Below, one piece after another: positions 36,962-48,060 of a stretch of 64,000 bases of DNA. The notes beneath the pieces are model-generated. The model saw only the letters and a list, made by a program, of their open reading frames with translations, searched no databases and had not been told where the DNA came from. This DNA is from Thelocarpon superellum (Eukaryota): NCBI GenBank assembly GCA_026025795.1, contig JAPEUG010000002.1:1-64000 (forward strand), written 5' to 3'. How positions within the stretch are numbered: position 1 is the stretch's first letter; each line of letters starts with the position of its first letter. The translations under genes were made by a program, and so were the position numbers.

Positions 36962-38195
36962 ATGGGTGGGCCGACGTCCCCCATCGATATCGCGACGCCC
37001 ACCCGCCACCCCTCGTCCTCTCCCGCCGCACAACATGTCACTTCTAACCTCACGTCCGCTTTGCAAGGCGCCGTCCCCGACCTCTCCACCACCAGCGAGG
37101 CGATGAACATGGGCCAGGCGACGCACGCTGGCTTCGACCAGGGCATGCCCCCGGCCCGTCAGGACTCGCTGAGTGGCATGTCCGGCATGGGTTCTCCATG
37201 GGGTGGCGCTGGCGGCGGTGCCGGCGCGCGACCAATCTCCATGAAGAACTCCAACCGCGACAAGCCTCGGCGCGAGAGCGTCGCCGGCAGCTTGGTCGGG
37301 GGCATGAGCTGGGGTGGAGTGTCGGTAGGGAGTTGGATTCGTGATGAGTAGATCGCCTTCGACCCCCAAGTATGTCGTGATTTACGCTGACTCGTCCTAC
37401 AGCATCATCATGGCCGGCACCTCCCCCTTCACCTACCAATCGCCCTCATATCACTCCTCGTCCTATCTCCCCAAGCTCGAGGCCAACTTCATGCGCGATT
37501 TCTCATGCTGCGGCCTCACGCTCCCCTCCTTGCACGACCTCCTGCAGCACTACGAAGATTCACATGGGCAGCACGTGCCGCAATCCATGCAACGACCATC
37601 GCAGTCCGGATCGGGCACGCAGTCCAATGGGGGATCCCATGGCAAGGGACCGAGCACCACCAAACCATCGCCCTCGGTGCAGCAGAACGCGGCACAGGCA
37701 CATCCGCCGACGTCGGGCCAGTCGACACGGAATCTCCAACCTCAGCGGTTCACCTCATCTCCCGCTGCACCATCGTCGATGGGGGGCTTCCAGGCGATGC
37801 GCCAGCCTATCCAAGGCCCATCAGCCTCGACCAAGACGCCGTTGCAGACGGTGCAAGATATAGATGGCGTAGAGGACATGGAGATGGATGAAGACGTGGC
37901 CGATCAGTCGGCGCCCATGACCTCCGTGGGTCAAGAAAATCCGCCTCAGCCGTCGCCAGCGCTGCAATATGGCCAACGGCTTCCACGCTCCATGGCGCCA
38001 GCGGTGCCGTCACTCAATCTCGGCGCCTTGGGTGGGGGCGGCTCGAATTTGACGAACTCGCTCCAGGGACACCAAGGCCTCCGGACATCCCAGCCGCCGA
38101 CCCCTGCATCGGCTGGCTTCCATGGTACGCCGTTTCAGAATAACCCGACGGTCTCGTCGGTCAACACGCCCACGCTTAGTACCCACTCGATCCAA

Positions 38196-38249
<54 letters not shown>

Positions 38250-39053
38250 AACCCCTTCTCCCCTGAAAATTCTCTGCCCGGCACGCCGGGCGAGATGGAT
38301 GCCGATTTTGCCAGCCACTTCGCCTCAGAATACTCTGCGCCCGTCAATCCAGCCTATGCGCAGAATAGCAGCTTACTGGCGTTTGGATTCGGCCAGAACA
38401 ATGACATGCTCGACCTATGTATCGATGAGCCGGCGAAGCGACTCTTCAGCCCTAATGGCGGCTTCAACAACCAGCAGTACGCGCACTTCCGCATGGGTGG
38501 CGCGCCCTTTGGCAACGACATCGACCTGGCCCAGCGCGCACGGGAACACCAAGCTATGATTGGCGTTGGTGGGAATGCGGCGGGTGTGATGCCTGGTGAG
38601 GAAGCCAAACCCTTCCGCTGTCCGGTGGTGGGTTGCGAAAAGGCGTACAAAAATCAGAATGGGTTGAAATATCACAAGACGGTATGTCGACTCATACCTT
38701 GACGCTGATCTGATCTGATCTGACTCGTGTGCTAGCATGGTCACACCAACCAAAAGCTCCACGAAAACTCGGACGGCACCTTCTCCATCGTCAACCCGGA
38801 GACGTCGGTCCCATATCCTGGCACGCTCGGAATGGAAAAGGAGAAGCCTTATCGCTGCGAGGTGTGCGGGAAACGGTACAAGAACCTCAACGGACTCAAG
38901 TACCATAAGGCGCACTCGTCTCCGTGCAACCCAGACTTGAAGATTTCTGGAGCGATGAGCCAGGGAGTGGGGGGAGCTGGGGTGTCGGGCATGAATCTAA
39001 ATCTGGCTGGGACCGGATTTGCGGGCCTGGGAGATGAAAATGCGGCGCAGTAG
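36962..39053 (+). CDS. SFP1: Split zinc-finger transcription factor Sfp1, 3 exons (36962-37347, 37403-38681, 38736-39053); a start upstream of the first AUG is possible
   Basis: [35 protein letters not shown]. First finger [30 protein letters not shown], then [37 protein letters not shown] and [21 protein letters not shown]. Confidence 0.95.
38193..38243 (+). repeat. CAG/CAA trinucleotide repeat encoding Q17 in Sfp1
   Basis: 17 consecutive Gln codons. Confidence 0.95.
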
Positions 39054-39667
39054 TTTCACACTACTCGGTCGTCCGCGTGTCTCGTCTCATCCCGTGGCGT
39101 GCGACCGCGACCGCGACCTCGACCTCACTCACTCCTTCCCTCTCCCGGGTGGAGAGCCTTCAACATGGTGCCGGCCACCTCTCGCTCGACGGGCCCTTCC
39201 GCGCCTCACCTGCGTGAAGGTCCTCTGGCTACACATCTCGGCGCTCAGGCAGGATTGGGAACTCCTGTTTATTTGGCGTATCCAAAAAGGCGTCAACTTG
39301 GCCAGCATTGGGTACATTTCATTTGACCGCATGAATGGTGTTTGACAAGAATGCAGTGACAATGGGCTCTCGGTGGCATGAGACAAGAAAGCGGGGCGAT
39401 TGATGTTTTTGTCTGAGCTTTTTTTTTTGAGGTATCACCACTCTTCTTATTCTTCATCTTCGTCGTCGTCTCCTTCTTCCTGGATTGATAGGGTAGGCAC
39501 GACTTGATCGTGACCCGGAGGTGTATTATAGTACTAGAAAAGACCAGACTGTATCGGTTACTTCTATGATACCAGAGCCGCATGAGAAGAGGTATCTGAA
39601 GTGCCGTTTTTGGTTGTTATTCAGTCGAGGAGGGACGTATTCAGTCGATTTCCTGCTGTAGGAGCGT

Positions 39668-39688
39668 GCACGTGATCTGGTCACGTGC
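39668..39688. promoter_or_regulatory. Inverted pair of TCACGTG E-boxes
   Basis: gcacgtga-tctgg-tcacgtgc, perfect 8-bp arms. Confidence 0.4.
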
Positions 39689-40755
39689 CCCCTCCTATCA
39701 CTATCCCGACTACGCGTAGATTAGCAATTCAGCTCTGATTCCTACACTGCTAGGATAGTACCACTACTAGAGAGCAGAGAGTGCTCGTGGGGGGCTACGG
39801 GGTGGATTGGGGGTGCTCCGTTAATCAGAACAACACCAGATGAACGGGAGGCTCCCGGCTCTTCTGTAGAAACACAGAAGTACTGCCCGTCGTGTCTGAA
39901 AGAGAGCTTCCCTTGCAGGAGCCTTCTTCATTGCTACGCTGCTGTCCGCCCCGAGAGCGTGGACGCACCCTAGCTGGAAGCCAAATCAGACCGAGCTCGA
40001 GATCTGGAGGATCCCTGGTACTACTTGAGGTGCTCCACGACACCAGCTTTACAGGATCTATCAGATCCCCCCTAGTGATTCTACGAGTCCTCCTGTCGAG
40101 TGAATCTGCTTCCAAAACGCCTTCTTGTCAATACAGAATCTGATCGAGTCGAGTGATTCTAGGATTCCGGTAGGATGAACGCAATCCCTGTCTCGCTCCA
40201 GTGAGTCCGAGCTATCTTTCAGCAGTCGGTCGTCACTGTCGTACGATGTTCACTATCCATTAGTAATGGGAGACGAACGGCGGAGGATATGTCCTGTCGT
40301 AAGAGGAACGGAGCGATCGCCTGGATTAAGCAAAAGGCGTGCCTGTTCGTCGCCGTAGCGCAGGTCCCTGAACTTTGACCAAGCACTTTGTACTCGTACC
40401 GTACGATTAACTACTGCCGAGCGGCGGCATCGCACCTAGCGAGTTATTAGTGCCCGCTCGCACAGCCGAAGTGGGGGAGGAAGGAGCGAATACAGGGATG
40501 CTATATTCTGATCGGAGGGGCCCGTCTATCTGGTCCCTCATCCGAAGGACTTGCGGAAGAAAGAAGGTCGTGCGTGCATCCAGTTTTCCTGGTGTACGTG
40601 AGTGACTCCGTGCCGGACTCCGAGGATCCGTCCGTCCAGCGCTCAGCTCACGACCGATTGACGACGGCGGTAGCTAGCTAGAAGCTTGCAGCTACCCCTC
40701 CACATCTTGCGCACACGTACGCGTCCTGGCCCGGGTCCGATCAGATCGTACCAAG

Positions 40756-41883
40756 ATGACGCCCTCGCCGCCGGCCACGATCACGACGGTCGCCCCACCA
40801 CCCTGGACGTGCAGATGCGAGGCATACTGGCTCGTCTGCTACGGGACGAGCAAGACGCTACCCGCCCACGTGTACGATCCATTGGAGGAGTCGGCCTTTG
40901 AGGACGCGTCAACGACGGGCAAGTTCGTCGGCGGGGTGGGGATGATGCAGATTGTGCGATATACGAATTCGCCTGTAGGTGAGTGGTTCATGGCAATCCC
41001 CGTGTTGCAGTGGTGGCTGGCTGGCTTTCGTTGCATCGTGCCCCTTCGTCTTTGTCATACGGGCGACAGCTGACGGAGGAGGGAGAAGGAATGGAACGGC
41101 CATGCGGGAAGGATGGCTAATCTGTAGGGCGCGATCCACTTAGGTGATTACGACGAGCTCTTGATCGTACCTGGTTACTTTGAAGTGCCGGGGACGAAGA
41201 AGACACACTGCCGCGTGACGCGTATCTACGTCAGCCAGAGAGAGACGTGCTACTGGGGTATCTGTCCCTTTCTCGATTCCCATCCCTGGCAAGACTGACA
41301 CGGGCATTGCACGGATCCAGGCCGTAAGAACTGGGGGATACCAAAGCACCTGGCGCGTTTCGTCTTCTCGTCACCAGTCACTGCCCCTGCGGCATCAGGC
41401 GCGGGGAACCCTCTCAAAGTCGACGTCTTCCCACCGGACGAGGGAGAAGGAGGAGGCGGAAACAAAGCCTTCTTCAGTGCAACTTTCCAGCCCTTCCGAT
41501 GGACACCTTCCGTCCCATTCTCTACGAAATTGATGCCCTGGCTCGGGCTGGACGTGCACCTGGTCCAGCCTCCACTGCCGGCTACTTCAGCGGCGGCAGA
41601 CGAAGAGGAAGTCACGTCGTCGGAGCACTGGTTCAAGATCCTGCCGGAGCTGTTTTCGCCGCGTGCGAGGGGCATGCACGTTGACTTGCACGTGCCGCGG
41701 AGGCTCCATGGCGATATCCAGAAGGGAGAAAGAGGAAGAGGAAGAGAAGGAGAAGGAGAGACAGAATCGCTTCTGAACGGAAACGACATTGCGTCTTGGT
41801 GGCCCGCGGTACAGCCCTGGTCAGTGGGAATGTGGCTGGAGGACGCGACGTTGACTTTTCCTGAGCCGGAGATCCTGGGATAG
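40756..41883 (+). CDS. Acetoacetate decarboxylase-like (ADC superfamily) protein, 3 exons (40756-40978, 41144-41257, 41321-41883)
   Basis: APPPW, IVRYTNSPVG|DYDEL, TRIYVSQ...G|RKNWGIPKHLARF. Both GT-AG introns restore the motifs. Confidence 0.8.
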
Positions 41884-42330
41884 GAAGACACTTGGTATGG
41901 ATGTGATGTGATGAACGGTCTATTCCAACATATTAGATCTTTCTTGGACATGTGACGAACGCAATGCAAGAGACAGGCTGTTATGACTCCGAATTCGAAG
42001 TATAAGTAGCATGATTGTAGTCCAGGAAGCACCGAGAGACATCAACACAAATGAATCCGCCCAAGTCTGACTTCAATGGCTGGGTGAGAGTCCCTCATTT
42101 AGCGGACGTACTGTACAGGAGCAGAGTCCACCAAGCGGTTCATAAGCCGGATGGGTGACCGACCACGAGCCGCAGAAGCCAAAAGGCTTCCTTCTTCTTC
42201 TTCTCCAACCTAAGTAACCATCAGTGATGATACTCGACGAGGTTGCCATGCCAATCCGTCCAAGTTCCAATGGAAAAGATTGAACCGTGAGAGTAGGGCA
42301 AGGCGCCGAACACTTGAAGTTGATACGGAT

Positions 42331-44646
42331 CTAGGAGTCGATGCCGGCCCATTCATCTCCACTCCCATCCCGGCCCTCCTGTCCCCCTCCTCCCCCCTCT
42401 CCGTGTCCATGCACGTAGTCATCACGACGACGACGACGAGACAGAAACGACCGCCGCTTCTGGTCCAAACGTCGCTCGAAGCCTGATTTGGTACTGATGC
42501 GCATTCTGGCCTTGACTTTCTTCGCGTCTTCTTTCCTCTTGTCCTCTCCTCTTCCTTCTCCTCCTCCTCCTCCTCCTTTACGCTCCCTAGATTCATCGCC
42601 TTCTTCGTCGCCGTCGTCGCCGTCATGAAAACCCTTTCCGCCGCTCTGACGCCGCTCAGCAATACCGCCCCTCTTCAGTGCCTTGCGCTCGTTCTTGCTC
42701 GGTTTGGGCAGAGCCGAGAGAAGCCATGGTTGGATTGAACTGGTCAGTCTCGCCGTCGCCGCCGCCGCCGTCGTATTGCGGCCGCTGTTCTTTGTCTTCA
42801 TGGCCTCGCTGGCGGCAATGACGCTCGCAATGTCGCGGACGCAGCTGATGTCTTCGTTGGTATAAAACGTCACAGCCACGCCGCCCTCGCGCCCTGCTCT
42901 CCCGGTCCGTCCGACGCGGTGCACGTACGCGGCGCTCGAGCTGGGAATGTCGTAGTTCACCACCGCGTTGAGCCCGCGGAAGTCGACTCCTCGCGCCAGC
43001 AAATCCGTCGTTATCAGGATCCAGATCGAGCCTGTCCGGAACCGAGCCATCGTGTCGGCGCGCGCAGTGTCGGATAACGAGGCGTGTAGCACGGCGATGC
43101 GCGAGGATCCGCCGGCTTGCGGGGGGATGTCGTAGAGGAGCTCGGAGTGGAGGGCTCGCGCGCGCGGAATGGTCTGGGTGAAGACGAGAAAGGGTGGCCG
43201 GAGGGCGGGGGTGTTGGTGTTGGAGGAGGAAGAGTGCATCAGCTGGCGGAGACCAAGCAGTTTTCCCGCTTCCGTTGCCGTGTAGATGAGTCGGTGGGAG
43301 ATGTTGGGTACAGCGGAGTCTTTCAGGCCCACCACGAGCCGGACCAGGCGCCATGATGAGCTCGACGATGGTCCGAGCTTGCTCCGTCGGGCCATGATCG
43401 TGTCCTTGGCGAGCGCTTCGATATTTGATCCCATGGTCGCCGACCACAGACTGACTCGTAGAGTGGCATTGGTACACGCCGTCCAGATGCCAAGGGTCTG
43501 ATCTCGGAACAGCGGATCCAGGAGGACATCGGCTTCGTCGAGAACCAGGTGGCGGACGGTCGAGAGCGAGTGACCGTCCTTGGGGTGTTGGAGAGAATTG
43601 AGGAGCAGGAGAGGTGTTGAAACAAGGATGTCTGCTTTGACGTGCGGTCGTTGAGAGGTCTCTTCACCGTCGTCGTCACCGTCAGACTCGGACTTGGACT
43701 CCTGTTCTGATCTCTCCCCGTTCTGTGTCCCCACCTCCATCCCTTTCTGCATTCCTGTGATCTTGATTCCTGTCCCGCGGGTCAGTTTCCTACCCTCGTT
43801 GACAATCTGCGCCGCGAGCTCCTTGGTCGGCGCTATGACGACGGCCGTGACGTCCTGGGAGGCTTTCTCATCTCCGCTCTGTCCCTGCTGGTGTCGTTGC
43901 CGTAAGAGACTGTCGAGCAGCGGAAGGAGAAAGGCCAGTGTCTTGCCACTCCCCGTCGGCGCCACAGCCAAGAGGTCCAGCTCGTGGCTGAGTGTCTTCC
44001 CATCCTCATCCTCATCCGCATCATGCGCTTGCATCAACAGCGGAAGACTGCCCATCTGAACCTCCGTGGGCACCTGATATCCTTGCTCTCGAACGTTCGC
44101 CGCCAGCCGCTTGGAGATGTCGTATCGCGCACGCAGCTGATCAAAGGACGTCAACGGCTGGGGGTGAATCCGAGACTGTTGCTTCTGCTGCCTCTTGGAG
44201 CGTTCCACTGGCTGCTGGCTCCGTCGATCGGGTCGGTCGCTGGAGTTGGCGATGACGGTGATTTTCAGCTTGTGGGCTTGGAGGATCTTCTTGCTTTCTT
44301 CCGTGCTCAGACGAATGGCCGCCGTTGGCGGTGCTGCCGTCTCCTCGACGTGTCTCTCCTGCCACGGGGTGGGCGCCGGTGGCGCAGATGGGGACTGCTC
44401 GTTGAAAAAGTCCAGCTCGCGAGGCACGTCGGGGGACTGCTCGAAACGCACTCCTCTTTTTCGCTTTCGTCCCTTCAGCGTATCCGTGGACGGGACGAGT
44501 TTCCCTTCACCGTGACGGTCATCCCCGAATAATTGCGGACGGGCGGTCTGGCCCTTGGACGGGAGGTGTTCGGCTGGCACATCGGAGCTGGGCGCCGGCC
44601 TCGTGCGTTTGGTGGCGCGAGACAGCAGCTTGAAGACGTCCATCAT
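42331..44646 (-). CDS. ROK1: ATP-dependent DEAD-box RNA helicase Rok1 (DDX52)
   Basis: Starts MDVFKLLSRATK. Q motif GYQVPTEVQ, APTGSGKT, PTKELA, DEAD, SAT, ARGVDF, YVHRVGRTGRAGREGG. Intronless. Confidence 0.92.
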   Translation of the reverse strand: MMDVFKLLSRATKRTRPAPSSDVPAEHLPSKGQTARPQLFGDDRHGEGKLVPSTDTLKGRKRKRGVRFEQSPDVPRELDFFNEQSPSAPPAPTPWQERHVEETAAPPTAAIRLSTEESKKILQAHKLKITVIANSSDRPDRRSQQPVERSKRQQKQQSRIHPQPLTSFDQLRARYDISKRLAANVREQGYQVPTEVQMGSLPLLMQAHDADEDEDGKTLSHELDLLAVAPTGSGKTLAFLLPLLDSLLRQRHQQGQSGDEKASQDVTAVVIAPTKELAAQIVNEGRKLTRGTGIKITGMQKGMEVGTQNGERSEQESKSESDGDDDGEETSQRPHVKADILVSTPLLLLNSLQHPKDGHSLSTVRHLVLDEADVLLDPLFRDQTLGIWTACTNATLRVSLWSATMGSNIEALAKDTIMARRSKLGPSSSSSWRLVRLVVGLKDSAVPNISHRLIYTATEAGKLLGLRQLMHSSSSNTNTPALRPPFLVFTQTIPRARALHSELLYDIPPQAGGSSRIAVLHASLSDTARADTMARFRTGSIWILITTDLLARGVDFRGLNAVVNYDIPSSSAAYVHRVGRTGRAGREGGVAVTFYTNEDISCVRDIASVIAASEAMKTKNSGRNTTAAAATARLTSSIQPWLLSALPKPSKNERKALKRGGIAERRQSGGKGFHDGDDGDEEGDESRERKGGGGGGEGRGEDKRKEDAKKVKARMRISTKSGFERRLDQKRRSFLSRRRRRDDYVHGHGEGGGGGQEGRDGSGDEWAGIDS

Positions 44647-44671
44647 GTGGTGAGATGACCTGCGTTGGGAG

Positions 44672-44704
44672 GGTGGTCGATGGTGGTCGATGGTGGTCGA
44701 TGGT
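44672..44704. repeat. (GGTGGTCGAT)3 decamer tandem repeat just upstream of the ROK1 ATG
   Basis: Read directly from the sequence. Confidence 0.8.
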
Positions 44705-45077
44705 GCCCATGGGTAGTAAATGCTCTCCCGGTCCACGTAAACAATCCATGGTCCGCGGACCGTGGTCGACGAGAGACAGCCCGTGGTGGGGCGCCACACC
44801 AACAGTCCCATCCTTCCGAAACATCCGATCCTCACCTAAGCGAAGCTGGCACGCCGGCTCGGCCTCGCACGCCGCTCGGCCCTCTTCTCATCCTCTTGTC
44901 GTATCGTCCATCGCATCATCCGTTCCTACACATATGCAGTGCAAGCCGAAATCTAAATTCTACTCTGGTGGAGCTTGTTGTGTGGCGTAATGCACAGATT
45001 ATAGATCCTTAGACACCCTAGGTTCATGGTGACGCCCGAGACCTCCTGGATCATCTACCGTAGCTCTCTGTCTCCCT

Positions 45078-45821
45078 CTAGTGGTGCGCGCCCGTCTCCC
45101 CTCGGTACCCCACAATCTTGAAGCGGCCAAGCATCTCGCCGGCGGTGAAGAAACCAAGGACCTCGGCCGATATCACGCCGACGGTCGCCAATTGTTGGGC
45201 GCTGGTGTTTCGGATCTGGTTCAGGACGTGGGCAGGAGTGAGAGAGTGGGTGTAGGAGTTCACTTCCGAGACGAGCCGTGACGGATTCTGCACTCCTCGG
45301 ACGATGGGTTGGAAGTATGCTTGGAAGGTCGCAACCGAGCTGATCACGGGGTCAGTGGACGGCACATCAGGCGGAGACGGGCGACTGACGGTGGGTTCAT
45401 CTTTTGGCCGTGGAAGACGATCTTTGACAGCTCGAGGGCGACGCGGGAGTAGTAGATTGTAGGAGGGACCAGGGCTATGGTAACGAGCATGAGCTTCAGT
45501 CGAGAGAGCGCCATCTCCGCCCAAATGGAGCATACCTTCAACCGCGGAGATGATGCGACCCGTCCGACCGCCGATACCTTTCAATGCCTTGCCCGCTCCT
45601 TGTGCGGCATTGCTGAGAGCCGGCCCAGCGGACGAGGTGACCCGGGAGAGACCGGCCGAGGCCTTGGAGAGGGTGGCCGAGGCCGTGGCCTGCGCCCGGG
45701 AAGCTCCCTTGGACGCGGCCTCGGTGGCTTGCGACGTGGTGGAATTATGTCGCATGGTCGGTCGAGGGCGGAAGAACTGCGAGCGTCGCAGCATGGTGCG
45801 CGAAAGGGAAAAGGACGACAT
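45078..45821 (-). CDS. ATP20: Mitochondrial ATP synthase subunit g, 3 exons (45821-45536, 45474-45390, 45339-45078)
   Basis: Arg/Ser-rich presequence. PPTIYYSRVALELSKIVFHGQKMNPP|SVATFQ and AEVLGFFTAGEMLGRFKIVGY (GxxxG). Confidence 0.93.
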   Translation of the reverse strand: MSSFSLSRTMLRRSQFFRPRPTMRHNSTTSQATEAASKGASRAQATASATLSKASAGLSRVTSSAGPALSNAAQGAGKALKGIGGRTGRIISAVEGMLHLGGDGALSTEAHARYHSPGPSYNLLLPRRPRAVKDRLPRPKDEPTVSRPSPPDVPSTDPVISSVATFQAYFQPIVRGVQNPSRLVSEVNSYTHSLTPAHVLNQIRNTSAQQLATVGVISAEVLGFFTAGEMLGRFKIVGYRGETGAHH

Positions 45822-46351
45822 GGTGGGCGAGTGGGAACGAAGGAAAACGAGAGCAGACGGACAAGAGAATGAAAAGGTCAATCGACCGCGCGGAGCACCA
45901 ATGGACTTGGGCGAGTGGGTGGTGGGGTGATGAAGACAGCTCGGCCGGCGCTGCTGGTCGTGCTGAGATCACCGATCACCGAGGAATGAGGAACGCAGAA
46001 GGCAGAAGGCAGAAAAAAAGCGAGAAGCTCTGCTGACAAGTCGGAAAGAACAGGAAAGGAAATGCCGAAGAGGTCCGAACAGCCGGGGAGATCTCCCTCG
46101 CCGTATTTGTAGCTCTAGGGATCGGCAAGTACGGTGGCCGATAACGGTCAATGATGCTGCTGAGGAGGGGCAACAACAAACAGTCCAGGGTGGAGGGGCC
46201 GCCTTGAGGTCAATGCATCCTCACGATCACAAGACAAAGCATGCCGTCTAACTGCTTGGCCACGAACATGGCTACCGAGATGCCCAAGTCTACACTCTAC
46301 CAGACATGCGTGCCGATACATGAGCTGCATTGAGACGGCGACTCGTCTCCG

Positions 46352-47422
46352 CTACAGCCGATGCAGTACGTCTTGTCCTTCCATCCAGCGCTTGATGTTC
46401 TCCACGTTCTGCACGTACCAGTCGTGCAAGACCTCCGTCTCGACATATCCCATGTGTGGCGAAAGCAAGACCTGCGCGGCCCCATCTTGACCCCACTTGG
46501 TCGTCCGCCACGGGCTGTCCATGGGCAGTGGCTCTATGGAAAAAACGTCGAGCGCTGCGCCCTTGATGCGGCCCTTCGCCAGGACCTCGTGGAGCGCGTC
46601 TTCGTCGATGAGCGGTCCTCGCGAGGTGTTGACAACAAAGGACGTGCGCTGCATCTTGTCCAGATCCGACCGTCCGACAACGCCCTTGGATCGTTCGGAC
46701 AGAACGTAGTGAACAGACAACACGTCGGCGCCGCCAAAGAGCTCGTCCTTGGACACCGCCTTGAACGTCTTCCTCCCCTCGGCGTCCTCGACGGCCAAGC
46801 CGCATCTCGCGGCCTTCTCGTCGGCGGCATCTTGGGTCAAGCTCGAGGACCAGGCAATGACGTTCATGTCAAATGCCTTGCCGATCTTCCCCACGAGCAT
46901 CCCAAGCCGGCCAAGGCCCAGTAGCGCCAACGTCTTCCCACTGAGACTCGTGGCCGCGGCGCTCTGCCAGCCGCCGCCCTTCACGACGGCGTCATCATGC
47001 GCAATGCCGCGTGTGATGCCCAAGATCAGGGCCCACGTATGCTGCGCCGTGGGATCGGTGAAAACGGGATAATTCGTCCCGGCGACGATCAGGCCACGCG
47101 CCGATGCCACCCCGACGTCGATGGCAGCGTTCCTGGGGCCGGTCGTTAAGAGCAGTTGCAGATTAGGCAGCTGCTTGAGAAGCTCCGCCGGGAATGGAGT
47201 GCGTTCCCGCATGGTGGAGATGACCTGAAACGGCCGGAGCCGCTTGATCAGATCGTCTTTGGCGGTGGCGGTGGTGGAAGGATGCGAGTATGCCGGCAAG
47301 GTGTCGGGGAACCGCTCAGTCTCCACGCGACCGTTGGCCCATTTCTGCAGCTGCGTGAACGGCTCGGTGGACGAGCCTAGATAATCATCAAGGATCGCGA
47401 TTCGAACCGTAGAGGTAGCCAT
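46352..47422 (-). CDS. D-isomer-specific 2-hydroxyacid dehydrogenase (NAD-binding)
   Basis: IAILDDY, MRERT, GLGRLG Rossmann motif, VNTSRGPLIDE, LDVFSIEPL, SPHMG. Intronless. C-terminal -HRL. Confidence 0.92.
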   Translation of the reverse strand: MATSTVRIAILDDYLGSSTEPFTQLQKWANGRVETERFPDTLPAYSHPSTTATAKDDLIKRLRPFQVISTMRERTPFPAELLKQLPNLQLLLTTGPRNAAIDVGVASARGLIVAGTNYPVFTDPTAQHTWALILGITRGIAHDDAVVKGGGWQSAAATSLSGKTLALLGLGRLGMLVGKIGKAFDMNVIAWSSSLTQDAADEKAARCGLAVEDAEGRKTFKAVSKDELFGGADVLSVHYVLSERSKGVVGRSDLDKMQRTSFVVNTSRGPLIDEDALHEVLAKGRIKGAALDVFSIEPLPMDSPWRTTKWGQDGAAQVLLSPHMGYVETEVLHDWYVQNVENIKRWMEGQDVLHRL

Positions 47423-47527
47423 GATACCACTGCTGGCACAAGTCGGTCTACTCGTTCAGGGATAAGGAACCCCGGCGGCTTCGAGCCTATGATCGGGGAC
47501 AATATACGCAGCGTGGTCCGGGAGCAA

Positions 47528-47574
47528 TGACGTCAGCAACGTCACATCCGCTCGCCCAATGACGCAGCGCCAAT
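47528..47574. promoter_or_regulatory. CRE palindrome (TGACGTCA) plus two CCAAT boxes in the divergent dehydrogenase/SPRY promoter
   Basis: TGACGTCA at 47528-47535, about 105 nt upstream of the dehydrogenase ATG. CCAAT at about 47556 and 47570. Confidence 0.4.
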
Positions 47575-48060
47575 GAGCTTCCAGTTTCGCCTGGAGCTCG
47601 ACCGACTTGGGCAGAAGCTCATCTGCCAGCGAAGCTCATCAGGTGACAAGACACACACGCCGCCTAGACCCGCATCTGGAGCTGCTCTGACAATGTTGCA
47701 CAAGGCACTTGCGGCGCCGCAGGCTAGATGACGGGATTCCATTGAGATCCCGTTGGACGTAGCCTAGTGCGGGGTTCCCGCAAGCTCCCGCGCCGCTCCG
47801 CCACGGTTGGGGCGGAGTCGAACTAACTAACCAGTTCCCCGGACAAGGCTGATTGGCAACGCCCCAGGCCCCAGGCCCCTGGCCCAACGCCCAGCATCTA
47901 GGAACGGTAGCATAGACACAAGTAGAATGATCAAAGCCACTTGATCCCCTCTATCCATCCTGATTTGATGGACCTGTGCGTGACACGCCAAACGTCCCCA
48001 ACAACGTAGGAGCCGCCGCCATCATCTTCCTCGCAAAGCAGGCCATCAGGGTGTCCGGCG

